From: Halocafeteria seosinensis
Lineage: Eukaryota
Assembly: GCA_001687465.1 (NCBI GenBank)
Contig: LVLI01000805.1
Span: forward strand, 1-33,444
Direction of reading: 5' to 3'
DNA: 33,444 nt
Below are positions 21,417 through 32,871 of this stretch, one piece after another. Each line of letters begins with the position of its first letter. Position 1 is the stretch's first letter. Position numbers and translations under genes: made by a program. The notes under the pieces are model-generated. The model had not been told where the DNA came from, did no database searches, and saw only the letters and a list, made by a program, of their open reading frames with translations.

Positions 21417-24182
21417 CTATCGCGCAAAATGTCTAAGCCGATCCACCAGCTCGTGACGTCTAGAATCTTGTTCACTGCGTCGAAGGATTCCAGCCACTTC
21501 GGAAGCCCTCAGATCGAGAAGCAACGTTGCAAATCCCATGAAGTCTTGGCGACCAGCGGGGATGTCCAAAATAGTTTTGTCTCTCTTATTCTTCATTTCC
21601 AAGGCAGCCATTCTGTCATCTTCGTCTAAGCAAGACAAGAGCTGGCGACACAAATTGGTGTTCTTTCTCGTCATTGCAAAATGTAATACACTTTGACCAG
21701 ATCTGTCGAGACTCGTAAGGACGTTCAATCGTTTCTTCAGAGGTAGCGCTACAAGCAGGATCTCACAAAGTGTGGATAATCCCGAACGAGCAGCATCGTG
21801 TAGAGATGACCCGAGGAGGAGTAATTCTTCTCGAGCGTCTTCGCGCACATGACACAGCAGGTGCTCAACTACACTAGAGTACCCACCTTTGACCGCAAGT
21901 GCAACAGCCGAGTTCTTGTAACCATCTATTTTAGTGACGAGAGCATGGCGGTCAGCACTGGTAACTTGGTTCAACAGAATGGAACAAACATCTTTGTGAC
22001 CTTCTTGAGCTGCTTCGTGTAGAGCTGTCTTACCGCGAGCATCTTGGTGTTTAATCAAAGTAGCCCTTTTCTCTGAGGGTAGGTTGTTCAATATCCATTG
22101 AACGATTTCAGAAAAGCCTCTCCGGGCAGCGAGGTGCAAGCATGTTTTCCCCGATTTGGACGGCATTAACATGGTGTCATTGACCTCGTCCTTCGTGCAG
22201 TACGTCTGTAGAAATTGAAATAGCTCCAGATCTCCGGATACGCCGGCGGCTAAGTATATGGTGCTTTGGCCCGTTGTATTCCTGCGCGCTATCAGTTTGT
22301 TTCGCTGTTCAGCTGGAACATACTGGAGTACGTTCTCAAATAGTTCAATTTCCACTTCCTGGTTCTGGGCCGCAGCTTGCAGAGCTGTTTGGCCAAGGAC
22401 ATCAGGCTTCCGAAGGAAAGATACTCGCTCCTCCTCTGATATTTGTTGAACAAGCCAAGTGCAAAGTTCAGAATGCGCCTGCGCAGCCGCTATGTGGAGT
22501 GCCGTTTGCTTATTCCTATCAACGTTCTCTTGCACGTCTCCACTGTTCAATCGGAGTAACCCCATCACCGATTGGAAAATGTCACAATTCCCTCCGTAGG
22601 CTGCAGCATGTAGTAAACTCGTCCCATTTAGTTCGGACAATTGATGCTGTGCCCCCTGCGATAGATACCCAATGACTTTCTTCCAGAGATTAAACTTGGA
22701 TGAACGGGCAATGATATGTAGAGCAGTTTCTCCTTTCTCATCGACCATCAGCAAAAGCTCAGATTGCCTGGCAACGGGAAGAGAATTCAGAATTGTTTTA
22801 CACACACTACCATACCTTCCATTAGCTGCCAAATGAAGAGCAGTCTGTTGCTGATCGGTTTGAGCAGCGACGAGAGGAAAAATACGTTCCTGACTTGTGA
22901 GCTCAATTATTGCCTTGCATGTTTCTCGTTGATTTTTGCTTGCTGCTAAATGAAGCGGAGTCTGCCGTGAATGTGAACAATATCGTAGAAAGGGTTCGCG
23001 ACTATCAGCCGGAACTTGCCCTACCAGGTACGTACAAACTTCTGTATGCCCCTGAAACGCCGCTAGATGTAACGCGGTGTGCCCTACGCAATCCGCTGCT
23101 TGAATGAATTTACTTCTTTGGTTGACAGAGAGCTGTGCATCCTGGAGATGATCTAATAGTATCGCACATATATCTACTTGGCCTTTCCACGCAGCCACAT
23201 GCAGGGAGGTTTGACCCGATGAGTCGCCGTTGCAAATAACGTGATGTTTCCACTCTGGGTACAGTCCTTCTAAAAGGTGGGAGCATCGTTGCACGTCTCC
23301 TTGCAGTACTAACCCTTGCAAGTCCGTTTCGGTGCAGCGCCGAATGCGCGAGCGTTGTGTATTGGTCTGCTCCTCTGTGGGCATGATCTCAAGCTCCTCT
23401 AGCTCTTCTAAAGGGTAAGAGTGCCTCCCTGCTCTGTTTACTGTCATTGTATCTGGAATGACAGCTCTACTCTGTGTCTCTGGCGCTTTGACGTACTCGG
23501 CCATTTCCGTCGAGACCTCTTCCTGTTCATCTGCCATTCCAGGCTCCACAGAGATACTTTTTGCCAGCACAAACAAGGCTTTCGCAAGATCACGTGCAGC
23601 CGCATTCGAAGGTATCTCAAAGTTTATTTTTGACACATTGTTCATGAGTACTTCGTACGCCTGCCGGTTGGTATTTTCGACAGCATAGTAGAGCGGTGTT
23701 TTGCGTAACGGCGAGTGATCTTCCTTGTTCAAATCCACATTGAAATCATTCACCAACGTTTTCAACGCATCCTCTCCTTCGCTCCCCGCGGCAATCACCA
23801 AATGTAACGGACTTCTTCCGCACTTGTCCTGCAGGTTCAAGTCGAATTCCACGAGGCTAGCCGGGCCGAGCGCCCGGACAAAGGACGCCCACTCCCGGTC
23901 CTCGATGAGCTTATGCAAAAAGCAGAAGCCGTGCTGGTCGTATGCGTTGATTCCCAGGCCACCGCCTGCATGAGGGACACTGTAAGACGCTAACTCATCC
24001 GTTAAAGACTCCTCGTCGAGCTCACGCGCCCTGTTCGTTAATTCATCGACGATATCCGGAGAAAATGGACCCTTCCGGGCTCGCGCTCGCGGACCTCCGT
24101 CGCGTTCCGGGTTCATAACTTCACTCTCGCTCTCCCCGAGGGAGAACGATGCCTCACTGCTATCGCTATCGGATTCAGCCAT
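21417..24182 (-). CDS. Ankyrin-repeat protein, ~921 aa, intronless
   Basis: Many (G)xTALHxAA motifs (GRSPLHLVI, GQTSLHVAAWKGQ, GHTALHLAAFQGH, GKTCLHLAARRGF, GKTALHEAAQEGH). Acidic low-complexity N-terminus. First ATG at 24182; the ORF-track start at 24248 is TTG. Confidence 0.9.
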   Translation of the reverse strand: MAESDSDSSEASFSLGESESEVMNPERDGGPRARARKGPFSPDIVDELTNRARELDEESLTDELASYSVPHAGGGLGINAYDQHGFCFLHKLIEDREWASFVRALGPASLVEFDLNLQDKCGRSPLHLVIAAGSEGEDALKTLVNDFNVDLNKEDHSPLRKTPLYYAVENTNRQAYEVLMNNVSKINFEIPSNAAARDLAKALFVLAKSISVEPGMADEQEEVSTEMAEYVKAPETQSRAVIPDTMTVNRAGRHSYPLEELEELEIMPTEEQTNTQRSRIRRCTETDLQGLVLQGDVQRCSHLLEGLYPEWKHHVICNGDSSGQTSLHVAAWKGQVDICAILLDHLQDAQLSVNQRSKFIQAADCVGHTALHLAAFQGHTEVCTYLVGQVPADSREPFLRYCSHSRQTPLHLAASKNQRETCKAIIELTSQERIFPLVAAQTDQQQTALHLAANGRYGSVCKTILNSLPVARQSELLLMVDEKGETALHIIARSSKFNLWKKVIGYLSQGAQHQLSELNGTSLLHAAAYGGNCDIFQSVMGLLRLNSGDVQENVDRNKQTALHIAAAQAHSELCTWLVQQISEEERVSFLRKPDVLGQTALQAAAQNQEVEIELFENVLQYVPAEQRNKLIARRNTTGQSTIYLAAGVSGDLELFQFLQTYCTKDEVNDTMLMPSKSGKTCLHLAARRGFSEIVQWILNNLPSEKRATLIKHQDARGKTALHEAAQEGHKDVCSILLNQVTSADRHALVTKIDGYKNSAVALAVKGGYSSVVEHLLCHVREDAREELLLLGSSLHDAARSGLSTLCEILLVALPLKKRLNVLTSLDRSGQSVLHFAMTRKNTNLCRQLLSCLDEDDRMAALEMKNKRDKTILDIPAGRQDFMGFATLLLDLRASEVAGILRRSEQDSRRHELVDRLRHFAR

Positions 24183-24300
24183 CTTTCTTCTTCGGGATAC
24201 ACTCGAAACACTCCCTTTAGCCGATTGTTGAAGTTGCGACTCGCCCAAAATACCACCAATCCGGCTCCTTACTTCAAGTTACGGGTACCCGTCAAATACA

Positions 24301-24622
24301 ACAATCTTTGTGTCTGCATAAAGTTGAAGTGTGGACATGACAATCTTTTCATCTAGTTGAAGTGGAGGTCCCGAAAAGATCCTTCAGGAGGCCACGTGTT
24401 GTTGTCCTTGAGAGCATATAAGCGAGCCTTTTTACACCCTTTATGTTTGGTTCATTTAAATAAGTTACAATCTTTGTGTCTGCATAAAGTTGAAGTGTGG
24501 ACATGACAATCTTTTCATCTAGTTGAAGTGGAGGACCCGAAAAGATCCTTCAGGAGGCCACGTGTTGTTGTCCTTGAGAGCATATAAGCGAGCCTTTTTA
24601 CACCCTTTATGTTTGGTTCATT
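24301..24622. repeat. Tandem duplication of 156 bp (24301-24456 and 24467-24622, period 166)
   Basis: The two copies are identical except GGTCCCG versus GGACCCG and are separated by a 10-bp spacer. Located in the divergent intergenic region between the ankyrin gene and PSME4. Confidence 0.95.
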
Positions 24623-24775
24623 AGTACCTTTTTTTTTAGTATCCACTTTTTTTGTCGAATGTAATATCAGGTGTGAATACAGAGTGAAATAAATCGAAAG
24701 GGACTAATTTCCCAACTTCATCAGCCCGAATTTCCGGACCGAAAATCCCTAGAATTCGGACGAAATCCTAGGATA

Positions 24776-27700
24776 ATGGCTACCGCATCGAGTTCCAATG
24801 CTGGAACTCCCTATAAACGTCATCGTTTGCACCGTCATTTACCATCAAATTACCGGCATTTCATCGCCGAAGAGGAAGCGCGGTTCTTGAACAACATTCA
24901 TGAACTCCTGGAAGCAGCAACAGGCTTCTCGGCGAAGCAAATCCACACTTCCGAAGCAAGACTGTTGGTGGAAGAAGTCGAGCACAGTACTCGAAGTTCT
25001 CCCCGCGACGATGGACGTCCCTCGTCCCAAGACGATCGCACGAGTGCCAGTGGAAGTGGCGGTGGCACTTCCCGTGTGGACGAACAAGACGTGAACATTG
25101 CGATGTCCGAAGACAAAGCATTCACAACTGAAATGCACCAAGGCAAACTCAAGGCTGCGTGCAGTAAAATTGTAAGGATTATTAACGAGAACCTTGAATA
25201 CTGGGATTAGGTGCACTGTGCTACTGGTTTGCAGGAGACATTTCTCGACTTAAAGTACACTCTCTCGAGAGGTGACTTGTTGTCTGTTTTACGGCAACTG
25301 TTTTGTGCCACTTTCAATGCGACGGTAAACCCACAGACACAGCAGCGGTGTATGCGTACCCTATTAACCGTATTGAAGAAACAAAAGAGCGAATCATCTC
25401 GAGTAAGTGTCGCGTATCAAGTATTAGTTAATCCGAGCACTCGTCAGGATGAACCGTCGGTACAGATTAGAATTTCATGGAGATGCTTGTACGAAAAGAT
25501 GGTGAATTCGTACCTGACCCATGTGGAATCTGGCTGCTGCTCCAGTAAGGAAGTTACGAGTTCGCATCTAAATGCTCTTCAGCGCCTGCTGAAAAAGGCT
25601 CGGCATTACTTTCCCCCTACTGCTGCCGCTGAAATAGTGGAGGAATTGGAAAAGTCGTTGGTGCTTGCAGCGGACTCTCCGAAATCACAAAGTGCCCTTA
25701 TCTTCTTGTTTTTGCTTCTTCCTTCGAGTATATCCCTTGCTGATTTCCGTGAAGGTAATGAAATAATTTCTAAACTTTTCCGTTTGTGGGCACGCGATGA
25801 GCATTCCTACAGTCTAGATGCCCTGTGGGCGTCTATTCTCCACAGGTTTGCGAAAAACTCCCGGGCTCGTATCTCTGGGAATCTCGCAGGAGAAGCTCTG
25901 ATTTTCAAGCCAAGCCAAGTGGAATATGAGTACGATTGGTCACCGTATGTTCCGTTTATTGTATCGCGCCTCAGGGAAAACCTGATGCTGCCTTCTCCTC
26001 AGACACCTAAACTGGAGTCTGGTCTGAATCGAGGAGTTGAACATCTGTGTGGTGGATGCGGCTGTCCAGACCCAATAAAAGCATTAGTTAAGCTTGTGGT
26101 AGCATTGATCAAGAGATGCCCTGGACGCGACTTCCATCTTAACCTTCCGGATTCTACTGGTGCAAATGGTACAGATGGAGAAGTAGCTGAAGCTGATGTT
26201 ATCGGCTTCATTGAAATGCTTGCTTCTGAATGTTTAACTCCTTGTTGTGCCGGTGATGGCTCATCCATGTCGGTGATTAGAATGCTAACCATAATTCTTG
26301 AACAAGTTTGCAAACGTCTAGGTCAAGAGGCTGCGAATCGGCGGCATCCCAATGAAGGATCTGGAGTTTGCTGTATTTCTTGCGCACGAGATTTGCGTGA
26401 GTTTACCTCTGTGACGAATATCGCAGCTCTACATTTCTCTGCTCGTGATGTACATCGTCTCGTCGAGCTGTCCTGTCGGCTAGTAAGAGAATCGATGTTT
26501 TCAAACAATTTAATGAATGCGTTGAATGCCACCCGATGCTTTCGCCTACTGTCGTGTATCTCGCCGAGACGAGCGAGCTCCTTGTTGGTGGAACTTGTGG
26601 AAGAAGGACTTTTTGACCCAGATGCTATGCATACTCCTTTGAAGCCGCTCTCTGCTATAGCGTCTGTGGCGACCAATATTGCGTTTCTTATGTATCCTCG
26701 ACCGTGGATCGGCGCCCATGTAGGACGTATATTTGACCAAGTACTGAACCAGCTAAATGGATCGGATGCTCGCAAAACAGGGATTGCTCTCCTTGCGTTT
26801 TCTCGGTTGTTTACGAACGTATCGCTGCAGGATTCCGGTGATTGCGCCGTCGAGCCCGAGACTTGCAATATCGATTCCATTGTCCAACACTTGTCTCACA
26901 GTCATCCTGATAAATCTTTACTCACTCTGTCAAGCAGTGGGCCAGTGGTGGACCCTCAACAATCTGAATTCCCATTGCCGTTTGACGAACTTCGGTACAG
27001 CTTCCCTATCGGCTGCGCGTCCGAGGTGAGCTTCCAAGATTTTATCGATAAACTAAGTTCAGGAGTAACTGACTTCGATAGCCGGAGCAGCCTGGTAGAA
27101 TACTGGAGACACGAACCTCCACTGCTACCAGTGGTGATAGATGGTATGCCAATATCAGCCAATCATTCGGAGGAAAGTACAGAGGTCATCTCTTCACTTT
27201 ATAAGTCATGCTGGGAGGTGGGCAGTAGGTCTGGGGCTGGTACGCTCGTTAATCTGGCTTTGAAGTTTCTAGACAAAGCCTTGTATATTCTTACAGTAGC
27301 AGAGGGAAAGAAGTGTAAGTCCGTCTCCGAAAGCGAATCTTCAAGGGAAAAGGCCAAGACATTTCATGCAATTTCTAGTAGTTTTGCTCCTGAGTTGGGT
27401 GAATCTGTAGTTGCCGCCTTTGTTTCCAATTTTGAAGGCCTGAATAGTCATCAAAGCTTAGGCCCTTCAATTGTGGAATGCCTAACTGTCATGTTGGATG
27501 CGTCAAATGATAGAGTGAAATCCAACATGGCTACTAGATTTGTGGAGTGGATTTTGCAGCGTTCTGCATCTGAAGGCAATCACAGTATGATAAAAGCAGT
27601 TTCTTTGTTCTCCCGTAAGTGTGCCGGCTATGTAATCGAGAATGTTTTCCGACCGGTATGCTCTAAGATCTGGGAGGGAGTGGGCGGGAGAGACGACACG

Positions 27701-30700
27701 TCTTGTCTAACATCTGGAGTTGTTCTGTCGCTCGAGTGGAATCTTTGGGTTGCAGACGCAGTAGTAGATGGACTCGGGGAATATGCTGTCAATGTTATTG
27801 ATGACTGCAAGAAATTGTTGGACAAGTTTCTCTTCTGCGGCATTCAGCCCTTGCGTCAGAAAGCAAACAAATTGCTACGCCATCTGCTGCGCTCTCTTTC
27901 CACGGTACAACTCGCAGGAGGGCATGGCAATTTTACAAATGAGGAGCTAAATCAGGACTATTTGTTTCTAAGGTGGTCTGAACCACAACCGTGGGGCACT
28001 CTTCAAACAAGTTGGATGATACCTGGTGAGACCATGTGGAAATCTATCCTGAACACCCTTGCTGATTATCTCCGTTACAGTGGGTTGCTTCTGAGGTCTA
28101 CTTTGAAGGAAGAATGCGCAAAATGCAGCAGTTCCGCTAAAGACCTGTTACCTCTGATCGGAGATGTTGAGGTGGGCGAGAGTCCAGTTCGTAATGAACT
28201 CACTACGTCTAGTGAGCTTATATGCTCAGCAATGGCAACTATTCGCTCTGCCTACCGAGGCATTAGTTCAAGACTCGCGGATAGTATTGATACGATGGGC
28301 GATGATTCTGTTTTGGCTCACGGGAGTGCATGTGAGTCGCCGATTGGCAATATCTCCGGGGCGCAAAGGTTATTATTGGATCTTTGCAACGGACTATCTC
28401 CTACAGCCGCTGGTGTGATGACTGGCAGAAGGCATACCAGCTTGCGGAATGAAAGTGTTGTCACCACATCTAGCCATGTGCTTGCGGGCGTTAAGACATC
28501 GTTGGAGTATTTGACATTGGTGACATTGTGCGCGCTCAACAGAGTACCGTCACTGCAGCTTGATGGCAATGCTTTGAAGTCGATCGTAAAACTTGCCAAA
28601 AATGTTCTAACTAACAAAGGAATAGATAACGAGAAGCAGTTCAGATATTCAGTTGTGGTATCGATGGCAAAGAGCACCACGAGTCACAGGTTGTTTAAGG
28701 CATATGTTGCACAGCTACAACGAATTCGTGACTCGTCTCGTCCAGGGACGGCCTCAGACAGTGTAGTGGGCTCCTCTGCTAGCTCTCGGCAAAGCTTCTT
28801 TGGAAATCTGACTGCTGATGTTTGGTACGGCCGAGCACATCTTCTTCGCAAATTGGGAGCATATCACTGCTTCCGCCTTAAGTGTGCCGCCTCCCTGATA
28901 CCCAAAGAACAGTATTACTGTACTCACCCGGTTTCAACTCGCGAACCCACCGGAATGCAAACAACCCTTGCTCCTTGGTATTCCATACTGAAAAACGTAT
29001 ATGGGGAAGGAGATGCAGACGCTTTATGCAAGCACTGCTTGCTCAAATCCGGTGATGAGGTTGTCGCTAACTCCAACGTTTGGAGAACTCTGTTGCTGAC
29101 CGAGCTCGCCGTGTTAAACCGAAGCTCCCTCGAAGAAGTCCACTCAAAAGTGTTCGGTATACTTAGCCCCTTGACCTTCATCCTACCCTGGCTTAAGTCC
29201 CCATTAAGCTTCGCTGCTGGACATCAATTGAAACAGGCCACCAGTTCCCTTGAGGCGTTGACGAAATCGGAAAATAATTTCCAAAGTAAAGAGACGTTAT
29301 GGGGTGTTGCCCGGGGATCACTGTCACTTTTACAACATCCGCATATCACCGGATCGAAAGTAGTGTCAAACAAGCGTTTGGCTGTAGAGTTCACTTCGGC
29401 TTTTTTGACATGTGAACGCCTGGGACGTGTGTGTCCCCCGGGGAAGACAGAAGACGTCACCCATCGTGTATCCTCTCTTGTTACAGAGTTATCTAAAGTC
29501 TGGCAACCCTTGGTATCATCGCCGGAGGACTCAACTGATGCAGTTTTGAAAATTGTTTCCCTCATCAAAGAATTTCTCTATCCATCCGACACTGAGGCGG
29601 TGATATCGGAATCTTGCCCTCTCGCAGAAGGTGGAACGTCTGTTGCACAACCGCCCCTGAGTGGAAGTCCCCGCCATTGGCGTTATCAACTTTTGTGCTC
29701 CTCAATCTTGGCTGCCCTCGCTGGCGTCTACTCGTATGGTCCCTTTTCCAAGTCGTATTTCACTGTCTTACGTTCTAACAACGGAGAGAAAGAGAAGACT
29801 TTACGAGACTGGGTATGGAGCTGGTGGATGACCCTCTGTCTCTCTAGTGTGGTTCCTTTGAGGCATTTGGCCTTACAACAGCTTGCCACTCTGTTGTACG
29901 TTGAGCAATTTGGCGAAAGAGACACTGAACATGAGTCGTCCCTAAGTACCAATGCTATAATACCTGAAGTATGTACAGAATATCTAGGAAGGAAGGAGTA
30001 TCTAAGTCAGTTAATTGGTTCCATTCTGGCTGATCACAAGTCCGCCTACGAAGGGGATGGCAGTAGCCAGGCACAGGATCTTTGGAGTGGAGGCGTTGCT
30101 GAAGCAGTAGGCATTGTGGCTCCAGCTGAATTTCGCCTGGGTAGTTTTGGGTCTAAGGGCTCTTCAGATTTTAACCGCTCACACTTTTATCTTTTGAGTC
30201 GAATTCTCGAAGTGGTTCCAGATGACAGCTTGTTTGTGGGTTTGCTAAGTGACGTAGCCAGCCGTTCGAATGAAGAAGATCGACGGGCGAGTGTAGCCAC
30301 AGTGGCTGAAATGCTGGCAGCCTACCTTCACCGTTGGTCTCTTGAAGCGGCAAAATCCTTCGAAACTACGGATGCAACACATAGCGGCTTGTTCTCCTTG
30401 ATATATCGACAACCGCACGAAGCCTATACAGATGATGAGTTGACAAAGTTAAGCTCACCTGATTATCTCAGGCATGAATGCTCTGCTATTTTACCCTTTG
30501 AAAGGATGTTGGACGTATTACACATTGCTGTGCCTGTGATGGAAGAAATTCCCTTAGACTGGACCATCGATTTCCAAGATGCTCTGCAATGCGCCACTGT
30601 TGATCGCACCGTGGCACACGTGCTTCCCGTTGTCGCTGTTTGTGTTGAGAAGATTGGTTCGCAACTACGTTCTGATATGGATTCCGAAAGCAGCGGTAAC

Positions 30701-32170
30701 ACTTCTTCATTCGCCCAGCAAGTAAAGTGGATGCGGCTATTGCCTGTACTGTTCGAAGGTGTACGGGACCATCAAGTTTTTTATCCCCATCCTCTGGGTA
30801 TTGCTACCGTGAGTAGAAAGCCTGGTAAGATTGTGACGAACCCGCTCTCGCTGTATCCGACTCCGTTGTCGCTGAAGGATCAGCATGATGTGGTGACCCT
30901 GTCTGGGCAAGGACAAGCTCGTTCTGTACAATTATCGCTCTGGAGAATGTTGCAATCATCGTGGAGTAACCGATACAAAGCTTGCCGGGAAATGATTGGA
31001 AGATGGTCAGGGTTGATTCTGGGGGTGTTTGCGACAGTGCAAGATGGTCCGAGACTTGGTATTCGGTGTGACGTGCTAGAGAGTCGTGCTGGAATGTGGC
31101 ATAACCTGGTTATCCCACCCCAAAGAGAAGTATGGACTCGAGACTGTGTCCTACCATTGGTAGAGAAAGTGGCCAACGCCTCCACAACAATCCGCTCGTT
31201 CTTGGGGAATGATGGTGGTGATTCTCGTCCCGGTGACGAAGCTACCGATAGCGTTACTCAGGAAGCGTTTGAGGAAGCGACCAGAGTGATGGAAACTTTC
31301 TGTTGCTGCCTCGCCACAGTGGCCGTGTTTCCGGGGTCTATCGCATCTTCTGTGCAATTACTGTTTCTCCCTACCCTCATCAATACGCAGAATCATCCCC
31401 GACCAGAGATCAAGGAATTGCTAAATGGTACACTAAGCAAGACTGTTGCGGAATTGCGGCTGGCAAAACCTCATATTCATGACACTCTGGAGAACTTTTT
31501 GTGCTTCCCAGATAAGGTGAAGGGCTCAAGCATGGATCAACTTGCGGACTTTCCGTTTTTGTTCCTGCGGGATACCCTAAAAGAAGCGAGTAATTCCAAC
31601 TCATGGCACACGAAGTGTTACGCCATCCATGCCGCGGCAACCATCTTGTTTTATCATCATTTATCCTCGAAGAAGGGTCAGCAACAGATTCTATTCGAGT
31701 TCTTGATCCAGAGTCTTGCTGACGCACAAATTAAGGCTCGAGAAGCTGCTGGCTCCGCGTTACGCAAAATCATACCTACCCTCTCCGGTTCTGAGCAAAG
31801 CCAACTTGCACAACGGCTGTTAAAACACGCCACATCGAAAATGGCCCCCAAGCCGAACCAAAAGGAGACATCCGAATCGCAGACAAAATACGAAAAGTCG
31901 CTGCGGAGACGACATGCGGGCATATTGGGTCTGGGTGCAATCATTAGGTCCCATCCATTCGACGTTCCGCCGTTTCTCCCTGAAATCTTGGCTATCGTGG
32001 TTGGTCGAGCTTCTGATCCGGAGCCTGTGGGAACTGAAGCTAAAGCAATTGTTACTTCTTTTAAGGAAACTCATCACAGTGAATGGCATAACCGTCATAG
32101 TGTTAAGTTTAGCAGTGACCAACTGGATGCTCTGTCGCAGATTGGAGAGGAGTTGTCTTATTTTGCATAG
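24776..32170 (+). CDS. PSME4: Proteasome activator complex subunit 4 (PA200/Blm10), ~2443 aa, 2 exons
   Basis: C-terminal RRHAGILGLGAIIRSHPFDVPPFLPEIL...FKETHHSEW...SYFA* matches the Blm10/PA200 C-terminal domain with its YYA-like proteasome-docking tail. ARHYFPPTAAAEIVEE and LDLKYTL match the N-terminal region. A 63-nt GTAAGG...TTGCAG intron at 25172-25234 removes the in-frame TAG at 25208. Confidence 0.93.
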
Positions 32171-32361
32171 TGAAATTATGAGACAATTTGTGATCCATTT
32201 TTGTCGGCGAGCAGTGGAAGAATATCGCGTATGTAACTATTCGTTTACGTATTTGCCTCTGTTTGGACAAGGTTACATCTTTCAGCGTGATGATCACATG
32301 ATCCAAACATAGGCTATCGATCGTGATTTAAAGCCCAGCCAAAGTCAACGATAACAATACT

Positions 32362-32814
32362 TGGCATCTCAACCTGTTACCGTGCGGTTGGGTCTAAACC
32401 GGTAGAAACATGATGCTGAGTGCCAGTTTCCCCGTGGTTGAAGGGCTACTTGTTTCCGTTTGGGAAGATGTCGAGGTGACACGTTTTGTAGGTGTTCCGG
32501 TGGATGTCCCAGTCGGTGTGGTACTCGCAGCTTCGTTGGAGGCCCTCGTTTGGGTCTGCGATCCCGCCGATGGAGTAGCACTGGCAGAGCGTGTGGAGGT
32601 ACTCGAAGGAGACTCCGGCATTGCCGTTGTCGTTGATGGAGTCAAGGAGGGTGAAGAATTCGGATCTGGGGGTAGTTGAAAGCGTAGAATCGGCAGCAGA
32701 TTTTCCTCTTCGTCGTCATCAACGACACTTGCTCCTCCATGTAAAGCCCATACGTCCTCCGACCACCCTCCCAGTTGATACGGTTGTCCCCGTATGTCCG
32801 TCAAATCATTGACA
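32362..32814 (-). pseudogene. GLUG-family C-terminal fragment (cap, stalk and frameshifted tail motif), copy 4
   Basis: Starts abruptly at NDLTDIRGQPYQLGGWSEDVWAL...ENLLPILRFQ with no upstream GGIxG repeats. Tail DNA ctaccggtttagacccaaccgcacggtaacaggttgagatgc aligns to copy 1 ctgcctgctcaaagacccaagcgcacggtaaaaggctggagatgt only with small deletions. Confidence 0.8.
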
Positions 32815-32871
32815 CTGGAAAGCGACGCCAACGGACGAGGTTCCTTGAAATGCCTGTCCGGCCGAACATCT

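Noticed and set aside
24301..24622. CRISPR-like repeat-spacer pattern from the recurring ACAATCTTT...AGTTGAAGTG
   Set aside because: The intervening sequences are duplicated rather than unique, the context is eukaryotic, and no cas genes are present.
25208..25210. In-frame TAG splitting PSME4, suggesting readthrough, codon reassignment or pseudogenisation
   Set aside because: It lies within a canonical 63-nt GTAAGG...TTGCAG intron (25172-25234) whose removal gives CSKIETFLDLKY. TAG is also the true stop after the conserved SYFA tail.
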